Virus record (IMG/VR): IMGVR_UViG_3300022542_000190
Span: 1 to 44,774 of that record
Length of the DNA: 44,774 nt
Direction: 5' to 3' (one strand)
Source of the DNA: a virus
Under the pieces are notes generated by a model that was not told the DNA's origin, did not search any database, and worked only from the letters and a program-made list of their open reading frames with translations. The translations under genes and the position numbers were made by a program. Positions 36,815 through 44,175 of the stretch are shown here, one piece after another; the first letter of the stretch is position 1, and each line of letters opens with the position of its first letter.

Positions 36815-36949
36815 TAACTAATAATACGTCTAAGGGGACTTTTTTTAATAACCTCTTATCTAAATATACCCCCCTTCTAAATTTCAATAATCATATATAC
36901 CAATAACTATCCTAACTCTATCTAGTCTAGATCCTAACTGTACACACTA

Positions 36950-36967
36950 TATCTATTCTATCTGTAG
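36950..36967. repeat. Two more copies of the 9-bp unit (TATCTATTC, TATCTGTAG)
   Basis: The 15-mer TATCTATTCTATCTG is identical to 36797-36811. Confidence 0.9.
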
Positions 36968-37034
36968 ACACCAATCGCTAGGATGTTTTCAAAACTACCC
37001 CCTATTACGATTCTGCGTCTGCACCCTAGAAATC

Positions 37035-37098
37035 GGTGTAATCCGTAATGGTATCGTTATTGTTATGGTTATGGTTATGGTTATTAACCATGAAATGT
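37035..37098. repeat. Right arm of the long inverted repeat; includes five tandem GTTATK hexamers (37056-37085)
   Basis: GGTGTAATCCGTAATGGTAT is the exact reverse complement of 36523-36542. The hexamers are GTTATT, GTTATG x3 and GTTATT. Confidence 0.85.
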
Positions 37099-37131
37099 CG
37101 TTGAAATCTAAACAATTATTTAATTATAAAT

Positions 37132-37159
37132 TTGCATACTGATTTATCTATGTTATACT
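37132..37159 (+). promoter_or_regulatory. Sigma70-type promoter with extended -10 (TTGCAT, N16 ending in TGT, TATACT)
   Basis: Read directly, 60 nt upstream of ATG 37219. Same architecture as 38083-38110. Confidence 0.65.
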
Positions 37160-37218
37160 TAATAAGTAAGTTAAAAAAGTAGATACTTAATTAATCATAA
37201 TCAAAAAGGAACAGCAAA

Positions 37219-37992
37219 ATGAACGAAGCAAACACAGCAGAAGTAGCAGAAGTAGCAGAACATGAAGCACCTCAAGCACCAAATAACAGTGAAGTAACTG
37301 TGCAGGACATCGAAAAGAAGCATTTCGCACCTGAACAACTTGAAGCTGGTTCTAATTACATCAACGAAGTTATGCAAATCTGTTCTAAAGAAAACATTGA
37401 GCCGATTTTCAACTTTGACCCAGAAGGCGAATTTCCTGAAAGCTACGGTCTAGCAATTATCCCATTGCAAAAACGTATACCAGAACGTGGCAATTTAACT
37501 TACGGCATTGTAATTGCAGCTATTCCTTCAGTTGATGCACTTGCAGCCGAAGAAGCTGGGATTAACTACATCAGCAAACTAGTAACAGATGCTTTAATTC
37601 GTCAAGTTACAGTTTCAGCTAAACCAAAAGACGAAGGCGCGGCAATTTCTATTCCGTTTAAATTGGAAGAGTTCACAACGACTTCTCGCAGTTCTGGCCT
37701 AGCTGCATTCAACGCGGTTGCAACTGACTATGTTAAAGCATTAAAAACTAAGGGCTTAAAGTTCATGTCTAAAGTTTTACTTCGTCAGGTTCTAGCATCA
37801 GCGCAATTTGCTGAACAACAGTTTCCTCGTTTATCACAGGAAAATTGGCAACTAGTTTTACAGTCAATGATTCAACACGTGAAAGCTAAAGGTATGGAAT
37901 CTGGTATTTTGGCTCATTGGGTTAAAACTCGTGATGAAGTAGAAATTGATGTAACAGAAATTGATCTTTCAGATTTAGACTCTATGGTCTAA
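37219..37992 (+). CDS. Orphan 257-aa protein in its own promoter-terminator cassette
   Basis: AAAGGAA RBS, acidic N-terminus. Promoter at 37132 and terminator at 38024. Confidence 0.65.
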   Translation: MNEANTAEVAEVAEHEAPQAPNNSEVTVQDIEKKHFAPEQLEAGSNYINEVMQICSKENIEPIFNFDPEGEFPESYGLAIIPLQKRIPERGNLTYGIVIAAIPSVDALAAEEAGINYISKLVTDALIRQVTVSAKPKDEGAAISIPFKLEEFTTTSRSSGLAAFNAVATDYVKALKTKGLKFMSKVLLRQVLASAQFAEQQFPRLSQENWQLVLQSMIQHVKAKGMESGILAHWVKTRDEVEIDVTEIDLSDLDSMV

Positions 37993-38023
37993 TAAAGATA
38001 GATTAGTTTTATCATAATGTAAT

Positions 38024-38057
38024 AAGGCTGGGATAATAGAGTCCTAGCCTTATTTTT
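38024..38057 (+). terminator. Rho-independent terminator
   Basis: AAGGCTGGGA, 8-nt loop, TCCTAGCCTT, then ATTTTT. Confidence 0.75.
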
Positions 38058-38082
38058 AATTTAATTCCTTTTGATTGTTTAC

Positions 38083-38110
38083 TTGCTTTATCTCTCTACT
38101 ATGCTATACT
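38083..38110 (+). promoter_or_regulatory. Sigma70-type promoter with extended -10 (TTGCTT, N16 ending in TGC, TATACT)
   Basis: Read directly, 34 nt upstream of ATG 38144. Confidence 0.65.
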
Positions 38111-38143
38111 TATTATAAGTTAACAATCAAAAGGAATCACACC

Positions 38144-38350
38144 ATGTACGCAGCCTTCAACACACTACAGTTAGAACTCGAACGCCTTCTATTACTACAG
38201 CAATCAATAGAATCATCAGGGCAAGCCGACGTAGAATCTCAACAACTAATACGTCTATCAATTAAAATACGCTCGCACGAAAGAGCAATTAAATTAATTA
38301 ATCGTGAACATCAGCAAGTAACAAGAACAGGTGCAGTACTAATTAATTAG
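38144..38350 (+). CDS. Small coiled-coil protein (68 aa) in its own promoter-terminator cassette
   Basis: Start moved to ATG 38144 (AAAGGAA RBS), because the promoter lies inside the longer ORF-track reading. Confidence 0.55.
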   Translation: MYAAFNTLQLELERLLLLQQSIESSGQADVESQQLIRLSIKIRSHERAIKLINREHQQVTRTGAVLIN

Positions 38351-38373
38351 CTCTGTAAATTAATTATTTTGAA

Positions 38374-38399
38374 GGGGGGCGGTATCCCCCCTTTTTTTT
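38374..38399 (+). terminator. Rho-independent terminator
   Basis: GGGGGG, CGGTAT loop, CCCCCC, then T8. Confidence 0.85.
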
Positions 38400-38500
38400 A
38401 ATCTCCGTGGGGGTATAAATTGTCACTCCTAAATTTTTACTAAAGATTTACAGAATTACGATTTTGACCAAAATTTAAATAATAAGAAGGATAATCCGAT

Positions 38501-38869
38501 ATGCATCAGCATCCACAAACTTTCGATAAAACGAAACATGAAATAGCCCAAAGTAAAAATAATATTGTAAGGAATCAACCCATGTTTCATAGAAAAGATT
38601 TCGAAGATAAAGATACTGTATTAGTGCTAGCGAAAACTTGGGGGGCAGCAAATCTGTTTTTCTATCAGACCGTATTGTGCAAATTTCGCAAAATGAAAAT
38701 CGAATATTTAAGCAAAGGTTCACAGATTAAACCTGAAATGTGCCGAAGTAATACAATAGTAATTCAATTATCACAGGCAATTCATTCAGAAAGAAATGTT
38801 AGATTAGTAACATTGTGTAAAGAAAAGAATTTAAAAATATTAAAATATGGAATCTCAACCGGAGTCTAA
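38501..38869 (+). CDS. Hypothetical protein (122 aa); coding status uncertain
   Basis: AAGGA RBS 9 nt upstream. The stop lies 8 nt before the small terminase start. No motif recognised, and an antisense ORF of similar size overlaps it. Confidence 0.45.
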   Translation: MHQHPQTFDKTKHEIAQSKNNIVRNQPMFHRKDFEDKDTVLVLAKTWGAANLFFYQTVLCKFRKMKIEYLSKGSQIKPEMCRSNTIVIQLSQAIHSERNVRLVTLCKEKNLKILKYGISTGV

Positions 38870-38877
38870 TTGCAAAA

Positions 38878-39480
38878 ATGGAAACTAAACACGTAGAGAA
38901 AATTGCAAAAATGGTTATGGCAAATGTACCACAGAACCAAATTGCTGCAGCGTGTGGAGTTTCCGAAGGTCGTATAAGTCAATTAATGGAAACCAATGAA
39001 TATAAAATCATTGAGCAATCTGTAGCTGTTGCGAAATTCGAAGAGAGCCAGTTGATAAATCAGGGCTGGGATTCAGTGGAAGCTCTCGGAGTTAAATCAA
39101 CTATTGTTGCATTACAACATAATCCGGACCCTGAATTCGCATTAAAGGCAGCAGTCGTTGCGAATAAAGCTATAAGAAGAGGAACTTTCGAGAACAATCC
39201 AATCCCACAATCTGCCGGAGTTCGTGCAGTCATTCACCTGAATCCAGTTTTCGTAGATAAGCTTCAGCAAAACTTCGAAGTATCAGCAAAGAAAATGAAT
39301 CTATTAGCAGAAAAACCTAAGGATTCAGATTTCATGCCGGCTGCCGAAGTACATAATTTATTAGGTTTAGGTAATGATGGTAAAGTTGTAGAAAATAACG
39401 TAGCGATTCCTGTAACAAGTCCTGAGATAGATGCAGATTTACCACTATTAAATGAGTTGGATTTAAACAATGGCGAGTGA
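38878..39480 (+). CDS. terS: Terminase small subunit (putative)
   Basis: N-terminal HTH (NQIAAACGVSEGRISQLM). Sits immediately upstream of the large terminase and overlaps it. Confidence 0.6.
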   Translation: METKHVEKIAKMVMANVPQNQIAAACGVSEGRISQLMETNEYKIIEQSVAVAKFEESQLINQGWDSVEALGVKSTIVALQHNPDPEFALKAAVVANKAIRRGTFENNPIPQSAGVRAVIHLNPVFVDKLQQNFEVSAKKMNLLAEKPKDSDFMPAAEVHNLLGLGNDGKVVENNVAIPVTSPEIDADLPLLNELDLNNGE

Positions 39481-40939
39481 ATCAGTCCCAGTCCAGCTGT
39501 CAAAAGAACAGATTAAGTATGCCTTGCAGCATGATAGAGAATTCTTTATCCAATTCTTTTTGGGTTCTGAAATAGATTTACCTGTTCCAGCATTTCATCC
39601 TGAGATTTTCTCTCTCATGGTAGATGACACTTCAGACAAGTTTGCCTGTGCTGTTCCTCGTGACCACGCGAAAACTACACTGGCGAAATTGACAGCAGTT
39701 TGGTATTTCTTATATTCCGATTTCCGTTTTATCCTATACATGTCTAACACAGTTACTATCGCAGTTCCTTCTGTAAATGATATTATAAACTTTCTGGAGT
39801 GTGATAATTTTAGAGCAGTTTATGGCGAATTACAGTGGCATACTCGACAAGATGGTAAAGGTCTATACAAATTTAATATTGGTAAGAAAGTTTGCATATT
39901 AAGAGCCCACGGCGCAGGCATGCAAGTTCGCGGTATTAACATTGATAACCAAAGACCTCAGTTATTAATTTGTGATGATATAGAAGATGCAGTTAATATA
40001 GCTACACCTGAATTATTCATGAAATTAAAGCGGTGGTTCTACGGCCCATTAAAAAAGGCTATGGATAAATTCAAACATAAGATTATTCATATTGGCAATC
40101 TCGTAGAGAACAGATGTTTAATCGCAGAACATTGTCAATCTAAATATTGGTCTTCACGAATTTACGGTTGTCTATTATCTAATGGTGAATCTTTGTGGCC
40201 TGATGCTTGGCCTGTTGATAAGTTACGTAGAGATTTCATGGAATATTTAGAAGCTGGGCTGGCCGATGTATGGTTTGCGGAAATGATGAATATGCCAACG
40301 GCTGGCGGACGTGGAATTATACGTGCAGAAGAGATATTCTATGCTCCGCCGAAATTACCCGAAGAGATGGAATTCGGTTTTATCACAATTGATTTGGCAA
40401 TATCAGAACAAACTTGGGCACACAAAACTGTAGTTGCTTGTCACGGGTTCTTTCCTGAAGAATCAGTTAACGGAATGTGGCAAGCTGTAGATTATGCAGG
40501 TTATCATGGAATTGACCCGATTCCACTATTCTGGGAAGTTATTAAATTCTGCAAAAAGTGGAAAATCGCAACGGTGGGAATCGAAGCTGTTGCATATCAA
40601 GCGGCATTGAAACCAGTTTTCGAACATGAATGTCTACGTAATGGCATTGTCGGAATTGAATTTGTACAGTTACAAGCTATTGGCAGAAAAGCACAACGAA
40701 TTATAACTTGGGCATCTATGATTAAAGCTAAAGAATATGCATTAACTCATGGCGATTTTACAATAACCCAAGAACTTCTAACCTACCGACCAGACAAAAG
40801 AGACAACACAGACGATCATATTGATTGCTACGCATATGCACCTCAAATGATGAATAACTTTATGCACTTAATCATGCAAGAATATACCGTCAACACACAC
40901 AATGAAATTTCAGGCTCTTATTCGATTTGTGAAATTTAA
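39470..40939 (+). CDS. terL: Terminase large subunit
   Basis: Walker A-like AVPRDHAKTT, Walker B LLICDDIED, and nuclease acidic residues ITIDLAIS and DDHIDCYAYA. Confidence 0.9.
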   Translation: MASESVPVQLSKEQIKYALQHDREFFIQFFLGSEIDLPVPAFHPEIFSLMVDDTSDKFACAVPRDHAKTTLAKLTAVWYFLYSDFRFILYMSNTVTIAVPSVNDIINFLECDNFRAVYGELQWHTRQDGKGLYKFNIGKKVCILRAHGAGMQVRGINIDNQRPQLLICDDIEDAVNIATPELFMKLKRWFYGPLKKAMDKFKHKIIHIGNLVENRCLIAEHCQSKYWSSRIYGCLLSNGESLWPDAWPVDKLRRDFMEYLEAGLADVWFAEMMNMPTAGGRGIIRAEEIFYAPPKLPEEMEFGFITIDLAISEQTWAHKTVVACHGFFPEESVNGMWQAVDYAGYHGIDPIPLFWEVIKFCKKWKIATVGIEAVAYQAALKPVFEHECLRNGIVGIEFVQLQAIGRKAQRIITWASMIKAKEYALTHGDFTITQELLTYRPDKRDNTDDHIDCYAYAPQMMNNFMHLIMQEYTVNTHNEISGSYSICEI

Positions 40940-40957
40940 CTTTTAGAGGAATTACAA

Positions 40958-42859
40958 ATGCCAGTTAATTTAGGAAGTAAAAAGAGATTTAAACTTGATA
41001 TTGATTTAACTATCTCAGAGAAAAACCACACAGAATTGGTTAAACATCTGGTAGATAAGTTAGAATTCAGCAAACAGATGCGCGATTCGCAAGCTGACAA
41101 GTTTGAAACTATAGACAGAAAAGTTTATGGTTATTTAGTATTAGATGATGATGATGAAAAACGCGAAAGAGATAACCAAAAAGGCTACGGTGTTAAACCT
41201 ACCGACACTGTGCTGCCCTTGACACAAGTACAAATTGACGATGCGATTACTTTCTTGATAGAAGTTCTCGGCGTTGATAATGACATGTACGGCGCTATTG
41301 CACCCAAAGATAAACAGCACGTAGCAGTTGGATTTGCATCAGTAATGAATGAACATGCTTCTAAATTTTCACACATTATTCAACTAAATAAATTCTTATT
41401 AGATGCTTTTAAATATAACTTCGCTGGAATGATTCCAGAATGGGAGCAGGTTTATGGAAACAAGATTAAGTCAGGAATTGGTACAGGAGTCGAAACAGAC
41501 TATGGAATTGTCTATGAAGGGAATAAACTTACTACGATTGACCCTTATAATTTCTTTTATGACGTTTCAGTCAATCCTACAGTGCTGCAAAATGAAGGTG
41601 AGTTTTTCGCAACCTGTGATGTTTACTCAGAGTTCAAAGTCCGCAAAATGGAAGCAGACAACAAGATTTTTGGGTTAGCTAATTTCATTGATAATAAAGA
41701 TTTTAAAATTAAGTACTATCGCGAAAAACCAATCATCCGCGCAGACCGAAACTCCAATAATTCAACATCATGGCTTTCAATGCTATCAGCTGGTGAAAGT
41801 AAGACTTCTTCAAAAGGTGTTGAATTAACTAAGTTCTACATCTGGTTATCACCTAAGGAATTTGGCTTAGGTACAGAAACTACACAGAATATATATCGCG
41901 TTATATTAGCCAATGGCGAATACGTAGTACGCTTGCAGAAAATGAATAACGCACATGGTTTATTACCTATCGGTATTACAATGCCTTGGGAAGATGGATT
42001 TAAAGAAGAAACTAAATCTTATGCTGAGATTTTATTACCATTGCAAACTTTCGCAAGTGCTCAAATGAATGTACATCAGAAAGCTAATCGCAGGGCGCTT
42101 TATGGGAATACGTTCTACAATAAAAACGTGATGAATCTTGATGATAATTATGATCCTATTGCGGCGAAAATCCCGGTTAACGTTCCGCCAGATTTTGACT
42201 TACGCAAAGCTCTTGTACAAACAAATGACGCTCCGGATACAGCTAATACAATGCGAGATATTGGACAAGCTATCGAACTCATGCAGCAGATTTTACCCAC
42301 TGATATTTTAAAACAAGTAGCTGGTTTAGAACGAGCTACACAATATCAAGCTGCATCAACTGTACAGGGTGCAAATCGTAGAAACTTAAAGATTGCTAAG
42401 ATTATAAATGGCCAAGGTTTCACGCCCATCAAGCAAATGCAGATGTATAATATTTTACAGTATCAGAAATCAATGGAGATTCTAACTCCTGAAGGAGACT
42501 TAACTGAAGTTAATGTGAATGATTTCCGCGATACCAAGATTGAATTTGCAATTAGTGAAGGTTTAAAAGGTATAGATAAACTATCTATGATTATTAATAT
42601 CAAAGAAGTTTTGAATTCTATACTGCAATCTCAACAAGCTAATCAGCAAATTAATGTAGTAGAGATTATTAACTACTGGACTTCGATGCTAGGAGATAAA
42701 ACGGATTTCAGTCAGTTCAAGTTTAAATCTGAGATAGATAAACTTCCTCCTGAGTTGAAAGATTTAGCATTCCAGTTATTGCAGCAAGCTCAAGCAGCCC
42801 AAGAAGGAGGAGAAGGTGGTGCAGGCACAGCAGCGCCAACGGGTATTCCAGCAGTTTAA
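40958..42859 (+). CDS. Portal protein (putative)
   Basis: 633 aa, directly after terL, with an acidic/Q-rich C-terminal tail. Confidence 0.7.
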   Translation: MPVNLGSKKRFKLDIDLTISEKNHTELVKHLVDKLEFSKQMRDSQADKFETIDRKVYGYLVLDDDDEKRERDNQKGYGVKPTDTVLPLTQVQIDDAITFLIEVLGVDNDMYGAIAPKDKQHVAVGFASVMNEHASKFSHIIQLNKFLLDAFKYNFAGMIPEWEQVYGNKIKSGIGTGVETDYGIVYEGNKLTTIDPYNFFYDVSVNPTVLQNEGEFFATCDVYSEFKVRKMEADNKIFGLANFIDNKDFKIKYYREKPIIRADRNSNNSTSWLSMLSAGESKTSSKGVELTKFYIWLSPKEFGLGTETTQNIYRVILANGEYVVRLQKMNNAHGLLPIGITMPWEDGFKEETKSYAEILLPLQTFASAQMNVHQKANRRALYGNTFYNKNVMNLDDNYDPIAAKIPVNVPPDFDLRKALVQTNDAPDTANTMRDIGQAIELMQQILPTDILKQVAGLERATQYQAASTVQGANRRNLKIAKIINGQGFTPIKQMQMYNILQYQKSMEILTPEGDLTEVNVNDFRDTKIEFAISEGLKGIDKLSMIINIKEVLNSILQSQQANQQINVVEIINYWTSMLGDKTDFSQFKFKSEIDKLPPELKDLAFQLLQQAQAAQEGGEGGAGTAAPTGIPAV

Positions 42860-42879
42860 TTTACTAGGAGTATAACAAA

Positions 42880-43221
42880 ATGACATTAGGTGAAAAGCAA
42901 GAACTGTTCATGCGATTGCTACCTCAGTTGTTAGATAAAGCACATGAGCTAGGTTATGAAATTCGCGGTGGTGATTTATTCCGTGATAGAAGAGTTCACG
43001 GGGATTTAGGTGAACGACGAGGTTATGGACACAGAAACTCCGCACACAAGTTAAAACTCGCAATAGATTTAAACCTGTTTTTACAAGGTGCGTTTCTGCA
43101 AAAGACTTCTGACCATCAAATACTAGGTATGTGGTGGGAAAATCAGCATGAGTTGTGCAGATGGGGTGGACGTTTCAACGATGGTAATCATTATTCATTA
43201 GAACATAACGGAAACAAATAG
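42880..43221 (+). CDS. Peptidase M15 family endolysin (VanY / L-alanyl-D-glutamate peptidase-like)
   Basis: Zn-ligand motifs SAHKLKLAIDL (H-x6-D) and DGNHYSLEH. Confidence 0.8.
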   Translation: MTLGEKQELFMRLLPQLLDKAHELGYEIRGGDLFRDRRVHGDLGERRGYGHRNSAHKLKLAIDLNLFLQGAFLQKTSDHQILGMWWENQHELCRWGGRFNDGNHYSLEHNGNK

Positions 43222-43232
43222 GAGATTTAATC

Positions 43233-43736
43233 ATGTGGCAATCAATATTAAAAACTGTAGCTCCAATTCTAGGAACAGCAATTGGCGGACCGTTTGGTGG
43301 AATGGCTACTGATTTTCTACTCGATGCGTTTGGCGACGACGACGAAGTTAATTCAGAAGAAGAATTGCAAGCGAAGATTCTCAAAGCTAATCCAGAAACT
43401 TTATTAAAACTCAAGCAACTCAATGCTGATTTTGAAGTCAAGATGAAAGAGCTTGGCCTCAAAGAGAAAGACCTAGCTGCGCAAGATAGAGCTGATGCTC
43501 GCGCAATGGGTATCAAAACTACTCTATTACCACAGATGATAATCTCTACTATCTTTGTCCTAGCATTTTCAGTAATCCTGTACACTGTATTTACTGAATC
43601 AATCGAAATGTCGGATACGCAAAAAACCATGACTACTTATCTACTGGGCATTTTGTCTGCCGGAATGATTCAAGTTATGAATTTCTGGTTCGGTTCTTCA
43701 TCAGGTTCAAAAGAAAAAGATACACCAAAACTATAG
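43233..43736 (+). CDS. Holin, 3TM (GTA-holin-like) type
   Basis: Adjacent to the endolysin. G-rich N-terminal helix, a charged coiled segment, and C-terminal hydrophobic helices (LLPQMIISTIFVLAFSVILYTVF and YLLGILSAGMIQVMNFWF). Confidence 0.55.
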   Translation: MWQSILKTVAPILGTAIGGPFGGMATDFLLDAFGDDDEVNSEEELQAKILKANPETLLKLKQLNADFEVKMKELGLKEKDLAAQDRADARAMGIKTTLLPQMIISTIFVLAFSVILYTVFTESIEMSDTQKTMTTYLLGILSAGMIQVMNFWFGSSSGSKEKDTPKL

Positions 43737-43756
43737 TACATAAGAAGAAAAAAGAT

Positions 43757-43784
43757 TTGACAAGGGCTGCGAGAAAGATAGGCT
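43757..43784 (+). promoter_or_regulatory. Candidate promoter: TTGACA, N16, TAGGCT, with an upstream A-tract
   Basis: GAAGAAAAAAGAT TTGACAAGG resembles the minus-strand element at 36380-36402 and the A-tract/TTGACA of the 31243 promoter. Confidence 0.4.
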
Positions 43785-43869
43785 AACGTGCCGAGGCGGT
43801 GGATGGAGCGAAGCGATAATCCTCCACCGATAGCACTGCCGTTATCTTTTGAAGCTCGGGCCCCTTGTC
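43759..43869 (+). other. GC-rich extended imperfect hairpin (about 111 nt) in the holin-downstream intergenic region
   Basis: Nested pairings traced by hand: 43759-66/43862-69, 43770-73/43855-58, 43774-80/43843-49, 43781-83/43838-40, 43788-91/43833-36 and 43797-803/43823-29. The apical mini-hairpin is GCGAAGC. Confidence 0.6.
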
Positions 43870-43895
43870 ACAAACTTATTTATGAGAGGTTTAAA

Positions 43896-44165
43896 ATGAT
43901 TACTATGAGTTTTGCTTTGTTATCTGAAGCAGAGAAACTACAATATTTTGAAGTTGCCACAAATTCTATTTTACAAAAACTTATTAATGACGAGATTAAA
44001 AATTTGGAGGAGCAAATATTGCAATTAGATAAAAGAGAGTCAGAATCTGATGGTGATTTTCGCAGAAGATTTGATTTATTAAGTGTAAATCGCAAGTTAT
44101 TAATAGATTTTTACGAAATAAATCAGCAAACAATAACTGAAATACAAAATTTACAACATACTTGA
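43896..44165 (+). CDS. Hypothetical coiled-coil protein (89 aa)
   Basis: Start moved to ATG 43896 (GAGAGG RBS 6 nt upstream). The GTG-extended reading would translate the GC-rich hairpin. Confidence 0.5.
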   Translation: MITMSFALLSEAEKLQYFEVATNSILQKLINDEIKNLEEQILQLDKRESESDGDFRRRFDLLSVNRKLLIDFYEINQQTITEIQNLQHT

Positions 44166-44175
44166 GGATATAATC

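Noticed and set aside
36471-37098. The inverted-repeat-bracketed segment as a MITE or IS element
   Set aside because: No target-site duplication flanks either the 20-bp core or the extended arms. There is no transposase, and the interior is filled with iteron-like repeats.
43175-43630. 151-aa minus-strand ORF
   Set aside because: It is antisense to the endolysin end and the holin gene, both supported by motifs and context.
43834-43842. CACTGCCGT, identical to 9 nt of type I-F CRISPR repeats (possible solitary-repeat anti-CRISPR RNA)
   Set aside because: The downstream complement (GGCAG) needed for the repeat hairpin is missing. A 9-mer match is expected by chance in 2 x 44 kb.
43757-43870. 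Hammerhead, twister or pistol self-cleaving ribozyme, or a known riboswitch
   Set aside because: There is no CUGAUGA...GAAA core on either strand, and I found no match to the conserved cores I can recall. It remains unclassified rather than assigned.
43788-43895. GTG-initiated N-terminal extension of the 43896..44165 gene
   Set aside because: It would translate the GC-rich hairpin (PRRWMERSDNPPP...) with atypical composition, whereas ATG 43896 has a well-spaced GAGAGG RBS.
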